Positions 14,520 to 29,950 are shown, counted from the first letter of the stretch. The stretch is 64,000 nt of DNA from Octopus vulgaris (GCA_951406725.2 OX597821.1:13764001-13828000); one strand, 5' to 3'. Translations and numbers: made by a program. Notes: generated by a model not told the origin, from the sequence alone.

Positions 14520-14558
<39 letters not shown>

Positions 14559-14879
14559 GACGTTTGGTGACGCTCCTCATTCTCTCCTACTCTCACATAT
14601 GAGCGTATGTATTTTGTTGAGTTTTCTCCATGTTGGTGGGGAAAACGCAAGCAACTATGACTGAAAAATAAAATCAATAAATCTGTCCCCCAAAACTGAG
14701 GGACAAAACAGGAAAATAAACTTACCACTCGACAGCAATTAACCTATTGTCCACGATCGTACAAATTTGAAGGGTGCAAATACACTATTATGTGTTCTTT
14801 CCTTATAAAATCCACGGAACGAGGTGAAATGAGGTTTGCCAGGCTATGGGCCATAATAATAATAATAATAATAATTCTT

Positions 14880-15085
14880 TCTACTATAGCCATAAGGCCT
14901 GAAATTGGGTGGGGGAGGATAGTCGATTACATCGACCTCAATACTCAACTGGTACTTAATTTATCGACCCCGAAAGGATGAAAGGCAAAGTCGACCTCAG
15001 CGGAATTTGAACTCAGAACGTAACGGCAGACGAAATACGGCTACTCATTTCGCCCAGCGTGCTAACGTTTCTGCCAGCTCGCCGC
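14880..15085 (-). mobile_element. SINE family C
   Basis: Same head and core as 6433-6653 and 61015-61245. Confidence 0.75.
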
Positions 15086-15113
15086 TTTATTATTATTAGT
15101 AGTAGTAGTAGTG

Positions 15114-15182
<69 letters not shown>

Positions 15183-15218
15183 AGAAGAAGAAGAAGAAGA
15201 AGAAGAAGAAAAAGTAGC

Positions 15219-15280
<62 letters not shown>

Positions 15281-15931
15281 CAGCAGCAGTAGTAGTAGCT
15301 TATAAACAAACAAATAAATATGTAACCTAAAATAAAATTTAACTCCTACATTCTTTTCTTCCAGGAAAACACGCTTTTTTGTCGAAACGAAATATTGTAC
15401 TAATTTACAAAATTACTTTAATTGAATTATTTTTCTAATCAGTAACTTTCTTCTAATGTCTACTGCAGTGCTCGGGGTTATACAATCTTTTTAGCTAAAT
15501 TTTTAAATTTTTTTTTATGGTTGTTGTTTTTTGTTCGGTTGTTTTTTATGTGGGGTTACGTCTGGGACTAAATGGAATAAATTTCAGAAAACACTACACA
15601 TCCTATAACTTTTTTACATGGAAAGAAATCTGCCCTTATGCAAAATGTCAGATATATTAATTCGTTATGAGCGACAGAAGCAGCATAAGTTCAAAATTGC
15701 AATCTGTGTATCATACTTACAGCATACACATCGTTGAAAGCGAGAGAAACTGCAGTATTCATCTCGAGAAAGCCTTTCTTGTTGAATTATAGTGTTAGAA
15801 AAAAACTTTTTAAACAGAAATAAAGAGAAGATTTGCGTCTGCTACTGTTGGTATATTTCTGTACAGGTCGTTCGGCTTAAGCTAAAGGCTCATACGTCGA
15901 CTTCGACAAGCGAGTCCATCATACATATATG

Positions 15932-15983
<52 letters not shown>

Positions 15984-16267
15984 GGTGCATAGCCTAGTGG
16001 TTTAGGTGTTGCGTTCCCGATCCCTAGATCGTGATTTCAATTTCTAGACAGGGAGGTGCGTTGTCTTCTTCAACAAAGTCATGTTGCTCTGCGATTACTT
16101 GGACACCTGACGCGTGGTACACAGTGCGTCTGTTCAGACAATATCAATTTGGTGGGGAGAGTGAGCGAATGTGTGACACGAACATTCGATCACTATAAAC
16201 GAATCATTTGTGTAGGTCATTCAGCAAAAGCTGAACATTCAAGCGCCGTCTTCAATGACAGAGTCCA

Positions 16268-16309
<42 letters not shown>

Positions 16310-16616
16310 TCACACACACACACACACATTCATACACGTACGTACACACACTCGCATATATATATTTATGTAGATATGTTAAATCCTCTTAACGGTAGTA
16401 ATTCTCTCTGTATATGACAAATGTGAGTTTTTGGAAGTTGGGAGGAATGGGGCGATGTTGAAATGGAAAAGAAGCAAAATAACTGTGCCATGAGTCGCAG
16501 AGAACCAACTTGTACAGCAGCAATTCCAGTAGGCTTTCGGTCTGTATGACGAGGTGGGCGTAGAGAGCAAATTATTACCTTAGCATTGCTCCTCCAATAC
16601 GCACCAACAACGGCGT

Positions 16617-17056
16617 GTATGTATGTATACATGAATGTATGTATGTATGTATGTATGTATGTATGTATGTATGTATGTATGCATGAATGTATGTATGTAT
16701 GTATGTATGTATGTATGTATGCATGAATGTATGTATGTCTGTCTGTATGTATGTATGTATGTATGTATGTATGTATGTATGAATGCATGTATGTATGATG
16801 TATGTATGTATGTATGTATGTATGTATGTATGTATGTATGTATGTATGTATGTATGTATGTATGTATGTATGTATGTATGTATGTATGTATGTATGTATG
16901 TATGTATGTATGTATGTATGTATGTATGTATGTATGTATGTATGTATGTATGAATGTATGATGTATGTATGTATGTATGTATGTATGTATGTATGTATGT
17001 ATGTATGTATGTATGTATGTATGAATGTATGTATGTATGTATGTATGTATGTATGT
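16617..17056. repeat. (TATG)n tetranucleotide microsatellite
   Basis: Directly visible. Confidence 0.97.
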
Positions 17057-17563
17057 CACTGTGTGTCTTTGTCTCTGTGTGCATATGTGTATGTGGCAGA
17101 GAGAGAGAGAGAGAGAGAAAGGCAGAGAGAGTGAAAGAGAGAGAGAGAGAGATTAGCCTGCAATTGTTTCGCGTAGTACGACTGAAGCTGTCATCAGCTT
17201 AAAGAGTTGATCATTCATTCAGCTTTTGAATTTGCCTGGAGAACTCGTCATTAGTGGGAAGTGAGATAACAAGGAGTCGATCGTCCATCTACGTAGGTGC
17301 GTGTGCGCGCACACAGGTGTTGGAGAAGATGGGGTAGGGAAGGAAGCCAGTCTGCAATATGCTTTAAGGAGAAACCTATTTCTAAGTTATATACTAATAA
17401 TATCTTGCCCTCTCTCCCTTTCTCTCTCTCTCTCCCCCTCTCTGTCGATCTATCTATTTATTTATCTATCGATCTATCTATATACCATTCTCTCTTTCCC
17501 TCTCTCACTTTTCCTCTTTCTCTCTCCTCTCTTGCTTTTACTCTATCTCCCTCCCTCACTCGC

Positions 17564-17910
<347 letters not shown>

Positions 17911-18694
17911 GTTATTTGTAAGTTTGCATGCATACTTATACATACACACAGACATACATTTATATACATATGAATGAATATACAGTCATACTTTTATTGC
18001 GTTGCTCCACCTGTGTATATATACATAAATATATTCAAATGTATACACACTTAAAATCCACGCATTCACACACACACACACACACAGAAGGCATACTTTC
18101 AGTGCGTTAATCTTCATATAGTTATGTCTTTAAGGCTGGACCTGAGTTGTAAATGTGGGTTAAGAAGAGGATTACTATGAAGTGTGTGTGTGTGTGTGTT
18201 CATGTGTTGGTGTGTTTGTGTGAATACAGACATGAGTCACAGACAGTAAATGGTTGGTTGGTTCACTAAGTCAGTGAGAGAGTTTTTCAAGTTTGGAAAC
18301 AGTGCAGAAGGAATCCGTGTCTAACTAGTGTATATATGGATATATATGCGCGCGCGCGCGTGTGTGTGTGTGTGTGAGTGTGCGTGTGTATGTGAGTGTA
18401 CTTTTCTGTATATATTGTGTATGCTAAAGTATGTATGCATATATATATATGTGTGTGTATGTGTGCATATGCATATATATATATACATATATATATGCAT
18501 ATATATATATATGTATATATGTGTACGTGTAAATATGTATACACACATATATACACACGCATATATATATATATATAATAAATATATATATAATATACAT
18601 GTATAATATATATATATATATAATATATGTATGACATATATATATATATATATATATGTATGACATATATATATATATATATATATAATATATG

Positions 18695-18795
<101 letters not shown>

Positions 18796-18979
18796 CCAAT
18801 GTAGATATTAACACGAATTGGAAAGTAATCAAAACAAAACAAAAGTGTGCTAAAATTTGGAAATGTAAATTGAGAGAATTAGAAGTGGAACGGAGAGAGA
18901 AAGAATAAGAACGAGATAGGAAGTAGGACGTAGAAAAGAAAGAGAGTGTCTGTAGTGACATAGTTAGAGGCAGAATGAA

Positions 18980-19024
<45 letters not shown>

Positions 19025-19587
19025 AGAGAATGGTTAGAGAGAACGAAATTGGGGGAATAAGTGAGAGAATGGCTGAATGAATGTCTGTTGGTAAAGATGA
19101 AATATGAAAGATTAAACGATGAAGGAAAAGAATGGGGAAAAGGAAGAGATGTTAGAGGGTGAGAAGGGACGCTATTTTAGTGGTGGTGGTGGTGGTGGTG
19201 GTGGTGGTGGTAGGCAATATGGAAGACGAATAGGGTGAGATGGCGGGGCGTGTTGGTGGATGAGATTGGGCAATTGAGGAGGAATGTGTTTGGCAGCAAC
19301 GGAAAGTGGGGTTCATTGTTTCTGCTAAAACTTTGGATGTGTGTTCTTGCTGCGTTGCTGTGAGAAGACGACGGCGGGGATGACGTGTTGAAGAGAAATG
19401 GAGAGAGAGTAAGGGAGAGATAGAGAGAAAGGGGAAAAGAGTGAGAGGGAGAGAAGAAGAAGAAGAAGAAGAAGAAGTGACAGAGAGGAGGAGAGGGAGA
19501 AGCGTGGTGCCGTATACCATCGTGTCAATATGTGGTTTCTCTGCTGTAGGAATATCCAACACTTAGGACTTGTAGGAACGCTGCTGA

Positions 19588-19622
<35 letters not shown>

Positions 19623-20675
19623 ATATTACTACTATGTTTGCTGTTACTCTTCGCTTGTTCGAGTTCTAGCATTTAACATTATCGCAACTATCACCAACAT
19701 TCATTTCCATTAAACATACAACAACAACAACAGCAACAACGACAACGACGGCAACCTAGTTTTTAGATTCTGATTCAGTGCGACCCATCTAACGCTATCA
19801 ATTTACCATCACGACGATTACGATTAGCATGGCGATAAACATCAGCATCATAATCGTCATCATCGTCGTCATCATCGTCTTCGTCACTGAAGTCGTCGTT
19901 GACGTCGTATTTGTCATCACAACAACAAGAATAACAACAGCAAAGGCAACAGCTAAATGCATCCATTCACCCGTCAATATCATAATTACCATCAGCAAAC
20001 AATCTCCCGTTTATTCTGACATTAATTCATTTGTGTCCCACCACCACCACCACCACCACTTGTACCACCGCCGCCACCAGCCCCACCACTAATATTACCA
20101 CCGCCGCCGCCATCACCACCACTACTACTACTACCACCACCACCACCATCGTCGCCACCATCACCACCGCTCTATCAAACAATTCCTTACAGATACCCTT
20201 TCAATTACTCTGGGTTATATTATTAATATTAAAGACTTTCCAAATAGGGATATATTGGTTTCTGAATCACTGTTGATGCAGAGATATGGGTGCGAAGTAC
20301 TGAAGCGTCACCAGTTCCTTCCAAAATCTCATTAGCATTATAATATATATTAACCTTCGATGTATGTATGTAAAAGAATTTCTTCATAGGGATGTGATGT
20401 GATAATATTTTCTTTCCAAGACCTTCTTATTAGAAATTTTTCAGTGCATGGAACTTTGCCTGGTTAATCTTTTCTTCATAAACGTTTGCACAAATTGCAC
20501 TTTATTTGGCAGGAACCAAGGTTGTTCTTTGAGTTTCTTTCTTATTAGTTATTTTTCTTTTATTTCTCTGTGTTTGTTGGCAAAGTGTTTGATATTAAAC
20601 CATGTGTTGATTCAGACACATTCGCCATATACATATATATATATATGAGACACAGAATAAATTTTTTTTAAACAA

Positions 20676-20709
<34 letters not shown>

Positions 20710-20744
20710 GAGAGAGCAGTGCATGTCATCAAAGGGACATTGGA

Positions 20745-20806
<62 letters not shown>

Positions 20807-21571
20807 CTTAGAGGTTCGACGAAAGAGACCGATAGAATAAGTACTAGGCTCACAAAGAATAAGTCCTGGGGTCGATTTGCTCGACTAAAGTCGGTGCTCC
20901 AGCATGGCCGCAATCAAATAACTGAAACAAGTAAAAGAGTATATATATATTCAACAATATAAGGAATGGCCATAATAGGACATTCGACTCACTAGAAAGA
21001 GCAGCCAAACTCAAACCGCTAATAGTTGTAATTCTGAAATTGAAAGAGAAATAAAAACATTTACCCTTTCATCTCTGGACTATGCATAGTTTCGGCAAAC
21101 TTTTGTAAACAAATTAATTAAATTAAATTAAATTTATCTACAACTGGCGTGCCTCGTCAGCAGAGAAGCCTAGGACGAGCATATATCCACGAGGCGGTGA
21201 TAAGGAAGCCTCCAGTCTATATGCTATAAATTTTCAAAATTTTACCGCAATCGCGCGGTCTTCTCAGCAGCAAATATAAACTGCTGATTTAATTTCAAAA
21301 TTAGCCAAAAAATCATTAATTAATAAATATAAGGGTAGCAAAAAATTCTCCGCTACCAGCGGTCTAGCGAGAAAGAAAAGATAGTCAAAGACTATATAAT
21401 ATACATTCAACAATATAAGGAATGGCCATAATAGGACATTCAACTCACTAGAAAGAGCAGCCAAACTCAAACCGCTAATAGTTGTAATTCTGAAATTGAA
21501 AGAGAAAAATAAAAACGTTTACCCCTTTCATCTCTGGACTATGCATAGTTTCGGCAAACTTAGGTAAACAA

Positions 21572-21661
<90 letters not shown>

Positions 21662-22377
21662 ACATGGTGTAGTGGTTATTGTGTTGCACACAATTCCAAG
21701 ACCAGGTGGTGTGTTGTGACCATGAGCAAAACACTACATCTCACGTTGCTTTGCAATCGCTTCCACACCTGACGCGTGGTACACCGCGCACCTGTTCAGG
21801 CTGCGTCGATTTGATGGAGGGGGTGAGCTAATGTATTGCACATACAGTTGATCGCTATAAACAAATCATTTGTGCAAGTCGTTCAGCAAAGGTTGAACGC
21901 TCATACATCGTCTTCGACGGGAGAGTCCATCATGTATATAGATGACAGAGTTTTCACCGACCAGATTCCCCCACAAGGCGTAGACTAGTCCTGGCCAACA
22001 GTAGAAAAGCACACATGCCAAGATGTCGAACAATGAGACTGAACTCGTAACAACGATGTTGTTAAGTGAGCTTCTTAATCACTCAATAATACCTTCACCT
22101 GTGGTATGTTAAGATTCGTTGATGAGTGTCATGTCCAAATACTCATTGAAAAGTCAATTGCAGATTCCGTAAAAACAACAAATTACCGTTCTTGCAGATC
22201 AACAGGAAACATTTGTTGTAAATGTCAAATACCACAAGTTAAATTACTTTTAAATTCTGTCTGAAATAAGAAAGGGCACACAAGTTTTGTAATTAATATG
22301 ATCAATGGAATTCAGAGAAAAAAACATGCTTGTGTTCCACGGTGCTTTTTGTTGTCTTTTGTCTATTTTTTCCGTCA

Positions 22378-22940
22378 CGATGGTGAGCTGGCAGAATCGT
22401 TAGCACGCCGGGCGAAATGCGTAACGTTATTTCGTCTGCCGCTACGTTCTGAGTTCAAATTCCGCCGAGGTCGACTTTGCCTTTCATCCTTTCGGGGTCG
22501 ATAAATTAAGTACCAGTTATGCACTGAGGTCGATATAATCGACTTAATACGTATGTCTGTCCTTGATTGTCCCCTCTATGTTTAGCCCCTTGTGGGTAAT
22601 AAAGAAATAGGGATTTCGTCTGCCGCTACGTTCTGAGTTCAAATTCCGCCGAGGTCGACTTTGCCTTTCATCCTTTCGGGGTCGATTAAATTAAGTACCA
22701 GTTACGCACTGAGGTCGATATAATCGACTTAATACCTATGTCTGCCCTTGTTTGCCCCCTCTATGTTTAGTCCATTGTGGGTAATAAAGAAATAGGGATT
22801 TCGTCTATCTTTACGTTCTAAGTTCAAATTCAATCGAATTTGACTATACCTTTTATCCTTTGAGTACCAGTTGAGCACCATTCAATTTAATTGACTTCTC
22901 CTCTGCCCCCGAAACTGCTGGCCTTGTGCCCAAATTTGAA
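22378..22940 (+). mobile_element. SINE family C with tandemly duplicated body
   Basis: The atttcgtctgccgctacgttctgag…aaagaaataggg segment occurs twice (~22430-22612 and ~22613-22797), followed by a third diverged partial copy. Confidence 0.8.
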
Positions 22941-23207
22941 ATTATTTATTATCATTGTTATAAATTCTTAATTGACGACGTAAATAGACTGACTTGGTCA
23001 AAGCCCAATTGAATTAATAATGGGCGTCTTGTTTGTTGAAGTAGATCAAGAACTATTCTTACGACTCACAAAACATCTCAATGAATTGTGTACTAAACTC
23101 AGAGAATATTTGCGAATGACGGCTGTATTGTTAAAAGATAATGAAATTGTTGGTACTTGACTTTTATGTGTGTGTAGTGTATATGTGCGTATACGTATGC
23201 ATGTATA

Positions 23208-23239
<32 letters not shown>

Positions 23240-23674
23240 GCAATAATAATTCTCTAAAAGAGATATAGACAGTAACTGCTCGATAACATAAGGGACTAAA
23301 GCCATCTGAATATGGCTAGGGACAGGGCAGGGTGGTGGGGGTGTTACTGTTGCATTTAGCCCCAGGCGAACATCGACGTCACCAGATAGGCCCGACACCG
23401 TCACGGTGTCCTTTAACCTGCAAAGGGAGGTAATTCCCCGATGAAGCGGAAACCACACACGGACCGACGTTTCAGGCAATACACCTTGAAACCATGGTCC
23501 GTGTGTGGTTTCCGCTTCATCGGGGAATTACCTCCCTTTGCAGGTTAAAGGACACCGTGACGGTGTCGGGCCTATCTGGTGACGTCGATGTTCGCCTGGG
23601 GCTAAATGCAACAGTAACACCCCCACCACCCTGCCCTGTCCCTAGCCATATTCAGATGGCTTTAGTCCCTTATG

Positions 23675-23678
<4 letters not shown>
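23240..23678. mobile_element. Fold-back element between (TA)n tracts, with 183-bp inverted arms and hammerhead 3' halves at the centre
   Basis: Arms 23283-23465 and 23496-23678 read as exact reverse complements. The centre reads AGG-caataca-CCT-t-GAAAC-CATG-GTC on + and GAAAC-GTCG-GTC on -. Confidence 0.8.
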
Positions 23679-23755
<77 letters not shown>

Positions 23756-23759
23756 TGTA

Positions 23760-23799
<40 letters not shown>

Positions 23800-23882
23800 C
23801 GTGTGTATACGTACGTGTCTATGTATGTATGTATGTATATATATGTATATAATTAAGAGACAAAACAATAATAATAATAATA

Positions 23883-23917
<35 letters not shown>

Positions 23918-24203
23918 GTGCATATATATATGCATGAATATATGTATATATACTTTTTTCAGTCATTAGACTGCAGTCATGCTGGAGCAACACATGAAAG
24001 ATTTAGTCGAACAAATTGAGCCTAGTACTAATTTTTAAATCTGGTACTTTTTCTATCTCCCCACCCCCACTTTTTTGCCGCACTGCTAAGTTACAGGGAC
24101 ATAAACAAACCAACGCAGATTGTCAAGCGGTAGATAGCGAACAACCACAACACAAACACAGACACAGACTCACACACTCGCTCTCCCTCCCTTTCTCTGT
24201 CTG

Positions 24204-24247
<44 letters not shown>

Positions 24248-25536
24248 ATACGCACACACACGCACATGTATAATAAACGACAGGCTTCCACGCAGTTTCT
24301 GTCTACCAAATACACTCATAAGGGTTTGATCAGCCCAGATCTATAGAAGAGACACTTGTCCCAAGTACCACGCAGTGGGACTGAACGTAAGATCACAAGA
24401 CTGAAAATCAAGCTTCTTATCCGCACAGACACGCCTGCGCCTATATATTTGTTCATAAAAATAAAATGTTTGTCTGTCCCTGAGAGAATTAGAATTCGAA
24501 CTCTAATCTTTCTGCTTAAAAAAGTTGTTTGTAATTTGTAGAATTACCAAATATGGAGCCATAAAATCGTATTTCCACTCAGGCAACAGAAATATCTCAG
24601 AAGTCTAAACAATTTATCTCTTACAGTCACTAAACCTTCCCGGAAGCTATACACATGGAAACACATTTATTTTATACGTCTTTCTGAATGTAAGGTGAAG
24701 AATTAACCTACTTTTTTTGTCTCTTATTTCTAATACTTTTAGTTGTTCAATACTGAAACAAGCAGGGTCCCTGTTGCCTCTTACAAGAGATATAGTCACA
24801 TAAGAAACTCATTTAAGCATGCCACAGATATTTGAAACTTCCTCTGAGTTCACTGTCACTCTATGTATATATATATGTGTGTATTTGAGAGAGAATGAGC
24901 GCCTGCCTGTCTCTGTATATATTTATCTATTTTCATCGGTGTATATGTGTAACATTCCCCTACAAATTATAGTTGTTGAGATGGAATGACAAGGGTTGTA
25001 GCCCGGAAGATAATCACCGGAAATATTCGCAAGATGTCACCGATACGACGCCATGTTTCCGCACGCGACGGCACCACACCAACTGTAAAACATATATAAT
25101 GGGCCTTGTTTCGTTTCCTATTAAATCCACCTTTTAATACTTATCATATTATATATACCTTTAATTTATCTCACACCAAGAGAGTTTCGTTATATTTTTA
25201 TTTTCAAGAAGCCACACGCTTCGTTCTTTTTGTTTATTTCACTCCTTCACTCTCGTTCGCACAGTGTGTTCTCTATCTTTTTTCTCACTTCTACCATTTC
25301 TTTCATGCCAATATTAATTCATATTAAGATCACATATAGAAAAGAAATAATGGATAAAATTAGCGGTTTTGAACGAACACGTACAAATGTGTGTGTGTGT
25401 GTGTGTTAATGAATATGTGCGTGTGTGTGTATGTATGCATATATGCAAGGATACACATACACATGTATATCCAAATATAAGTTTGTTTGCATCTATATAT
25501 CTACATCTATCCGTCTATCAATCTATTTATCTATTT

Positions 25537-25590
<54 letters not shown>

Positions 25591-25593
<3 letters not shown>

Positions 25594-26369
25594 CAAAAGC
25601 CAGGAAATTTTAAGCACTCCCTTGTAGAATGTTTCATCGAAGGTTACCTCTTCACTACCCAAGGGCAAGCTATTTTCTTCTTCTACTTCACGTTCAGACG
25701 AAGAGTAAAGAGTCGAAACGTTAATTCTTAACCCTTCCAGAAATAGTCGAATTCTCCAACAGAACCCTTTTTTGAACTAACTTGTACCGATACTGATTAT
25801 CACTATTTTCTTCAGGTTCTAAATAATACATTCGAGTGCATCAAACTGAAGTTCCTGTGCAGTTTAAATCTTACGCTAATTCGGTACGGATTAGATTTAA
25901 TTAATCGAGCGCTGGATGTATATCGAGGAGAGACGATTCTGTATTTGTTTTTCCCCATTTTTAAAGAGGTTTCAATATTTATGAATAATTCGTTACAAAC
26001 AGGATAACGGATGAGACCGTGATAAAAGTTATCAGTAATATGCATACATACATACATACATGCATACATACATACATACATACATGCATGCATGCATACA
26101 TACATACATTCATACATGCATACATACATACATACATGTATACATACATACATACATACATACATGCATGCATGCATGCATACATACATACATACATGCA
26201 TACATACATACATACATACATACATACATGCATACACACATTACATACATACATACATGCATGCATACATACATACATACATACATACATACACACATTA
26301 CATACATACATACATACATAAACACATACATACATACATACATGCATGCATACATACATACATACATAC

Positions 26370-26413
<44 letters not shown>

Positions 26414-27201
26414 GTATGTATGTATGTATGTATGCATGCATGTATGTATGTATGTATGTGTTTATGTATGTATGTATGTATGTAATGTGTGTATGTATGT
26501 ATGTATGTATGTATGTATGCATGCATGTATGTATGTAATGTGTGTATGCATGTATGTATGTATGTATGTATGTATGTATGTATGCATGTATGTATGTATG
26601 TATGCATGCATGCATGCATGTATGTATGTATGTATGTATACATGTATGTATGTATGTATGCATGTATGTATGTATGTATGCATGCATGCATGCATGTATG
26701 TATGTATGTATGTATGCATGTATGTATGTATGTATGCATATTACTGATAACTTTTATCACGGTCTCATCCGTTATCCTGTTTGTAACGAATTATTCATAA
26801 ATATTGAAACCTCTTTAAAAAATGGGGAAAAACAAATACAGAATCGTCTCTCCCTCGATATACATCCAGCGCTCGATTAATTAAATCTAATCCGTACCGA
26901 ATTAGCGTAAGATTTAAACTGCACAGGAACTTCAGTTTGATGCACTCGAATGTATTATTTAGAACCTGAAGAAAATAGTGATAATCAGTAACGGTACAAA
27001 TTAGTTCAAAGAAGGGTTCTGTTGGAGAATTCGGCGGACTCGATTTCTGGGAAGGGTTAATGAATTAACGATTCGACTCTTTACTCTTCGTCTGAACGTG
27101 AAGTAGAGAAAGAAAATAGCTTTGCCACTTGGGTAGTGAAGAAGGTAACCTTCGATGAAACATTCTACAAGGGAGTGCTTAAAATTTCCTGGCTTTTGGG
27201 T
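25591..27201. repeat. ~1.6 kb palindrome (inverted duplication) centred on a (TA)n tract
   Basis: acccaaaagccaggaaatttt… (25591) mirrors …aaaatttcctggcttttgggt (27201). The (CATA)n array is mirrored as (TATG)n around ~26390. Confidence 0.92.
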
Positions 27202-27359
27202 AAATGAAAATACAGGAAGATCAGTGAATTATGATTCTATTCAACATAGCTCCCACTCAGAGTCACACACTTATTGTAGCGGTCCTTCAGTTTTTCTAAG
27301 CCCTGTAAAAGAACTTCGCGTGACCCTCAAAGCCAGGAACTTTGCAGCAACCCCTCGTA
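27166..27359. mobile_element. mariner-derived MITE with TA termini
   Basis: TIRs TAcaagggagtgcttaaaatttcctggcttt and aaagccaggaactttgcagcaacccctcgTA. The internal minus strand reads …GLEKLKDRYNKCV…, resembling a mariner transposase C-terminus. A related copy lies at ~32330-32482. Confidence 0.7.
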
Positions 27360-29594
27360 TGCATTTGCCTCACCCTCTAAAAGAACTAAAGACTATCATG
27401 TTCCGATAGACTCAACAAAATTCTTAAAATAGCGAGTACAGATAGACTTACAAATAAGAGTTTGGAAAGTTTAGTACCTTACCCGTTCGACTATTTAGCC
27501 TGTGCAGTTCTCTTCAAAACCTTTTAATTTAGGGAAAATAATAATGGCCAAGTAGATTAAGCAACAAACTCGTGTTAATTTAAATACAGCCTGCAGGCGT
27601 TTCCATATTGCTAATTACTCGATCATTTTAGTGGTTAAATATAGATTATAAACGCCGCTCTCTTCATATCGTTAAATGAAGACATCAAGATTAAGTCGAT
27701 ATTTGGTAATGAATAGTTACAACAACCATTTCGATGCCATATATTTATCTACAATACTCATTACTAAATTATTCTGTGTTTGCTGCATTTTGTATTACTA
27801 TGGTTTCCCTAGTTATTAAACTCAATAAGGAAACCTTTAGGGAATTAGATTTCCGAAGCTGACATCTTATTGGTTTCAGATTTAATTTCCCTGAATAATT
27901 CATTCTTTGAAATATTTCTATCATTTTCCTCGCCAGTTATCCGATTAGTTCGCTGGTGTCACAGCATCAACAGATTCCCACGTCTCCATCAATCTTAATG
28001 TTAGAACAAAAAAGAAAAACAAAATTTCAAAATTCTTCCAAAACAAAGTTATTTTGCCGAAGAATAAGGCACCATTCTGATGGAGAAATAGAAACTTCGA
28101 AACTTGCAAACCTAAAAGAATGTCGATTTTTCCTTCGTTAGTCGTTAATTTAGACAAACAAAAAGGAGAATTATACTGCAGAAAATTAAAATTCAATACT
28201 AATTCTGAATTCAGATAAAACCGAAGTCAACTTTGTCTCTATCATTTTAGATCGATAAAAGGCGGCGAACTGGCACAATCGTTATCGCGCTGGACGAAGT
28301 GCATAGCGGCATTTTTTCTGCTTTTATGCTCTGAGTTCACATTCCGCCGAGATCGATTTTTGCTTTCATCATTAAATCGATAAAATAAGTACCAGTTGAG
28401 CACTGGAGTTGATACAATCGATTAGCATCCCTTCCCACCAAATTTCAAGCCTTGAATATATTGTAGAAAAGAAAATTATTCTGGTTCGATAAAATAAAAT
28501 ATTAGTGAGAACAACTTAATCGACAAACTCCTCCAAATTTCAGGCCTTGTGCCTATAGAACAAAAGAAAAAACTATATCCATGTTCTAAAAACCATTGGG
28601 TTACCAAAATTGTTAGAACGACTGAGAAAGTACTTTATAGTATTTATTCAGCTCTTTACGTTCTGAGTACAAATCCTGCAGAGGTCAAATTTGCCTTCCT
28701 TCCCTCTAAGGTCAATACGATTAAGTACCAGTTAACCCTTTTGATACCAGCCTACCCAAGACTGCTCTTAGTTCTCTGATACAAATTTTATTTTCTACAG
28801 TAATATCAATTAAAAATTTCCATCAATTTTAGTGTTAATTTATTCTCCAAGCACCAACTTAATAATAAAGGTTTCAAATTTTGGGACAAGATCAGCAATT
28901 TTGGGGGTGGGGTGGTAATATTCAACTGCTACATATTTTATCGAACCCGAATGAATGAAAAGCAAAGTCGACTCGCCGGAATTTGAACTCAGAACATAAG
29001 GACGATCGAGATGCCGCTAAGCATTTTTCCCCTCTGCTTAACGGTTCTGTCAGCTCGCCGCCTTAAACACCAACTTAATAATGACAAAAATTATTTTTTT
29101 TAAATTCTTCAGTATTTCAAAATTTAATTGAAATAAAGACAGCATGTGTCACCAGAAATATGGTAACAAAAGGGTTAAGTATTCAATGGAACCGATTCCT
29201 CCTTACCCACAAAATTATCAGCTTTATACCTAAATCAGAAAACCTTTTTTTTATTTTTTCTTCTTATTTTGTCATGTGCTAACAATGACGTGTCTTGGTG
29301 TACTTTTGAACAGAAGGAAATTACAAAACGGAGAAATTCCACCCTCCAGATAGAACTAACAGTTTCATTAAGTTTTGTCAACTAAACATTTCACGTAGTT
29401 ACCGCAGTCACATGACACTCGAGCAGGCGTTGTGTTTCATTAAAAATTCAATTGATATTTTTAGTCAGAAGTTTCCTATCAACTTTATCTGTACTGAGTA
29501 ACTGTATTGCCTTATCTTATTTTCTCTCTTGTACTCCACCTATTTTTTCTAAACCATGCTCTACCGCCACCATCAGCAGCTGCTAGTAACAGTC

Positions 29595-29654
<60 letters not shown>

Positions 29655-29950
29655 ATCTGCTTATCTGCTTATCTAGCTGTCTGCCTGTCATTTTTGTCAG
29701 TCGAAAGCAGTTGTCAACACTTCGTTCTTATAATAACCGGAAGAAGTGCTCCTGTAAGGGAATGAATTTTAAAAGGAGTTAAAATCAACTAGATGGATAT
29801 CTGATGACAGAACACAGCGACGGAATGACAATACAATGACAATAGTACTTACAACAACAACAACGATGCAGAAATACAATAAGCACAACAATAATACGAA
29901 AACTAATTATTTATTTTTCCAGTGTGAATTGCAAAAAAAAAAATAATAAT

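Noticed and set aside
19529-19676. Signal-peptide-like short ORF MWFLCCRNIQHLGLVGTLLTLLLL…
   Set aside because: The hydrophobic run derives from a (CTA)n repeat. No splice or homology support.
23099-23856. Two ORFs with identical peptide on opposite strands
   Set aside because: A consequence of the 183-bp inverted repeat. No recognisable protein.
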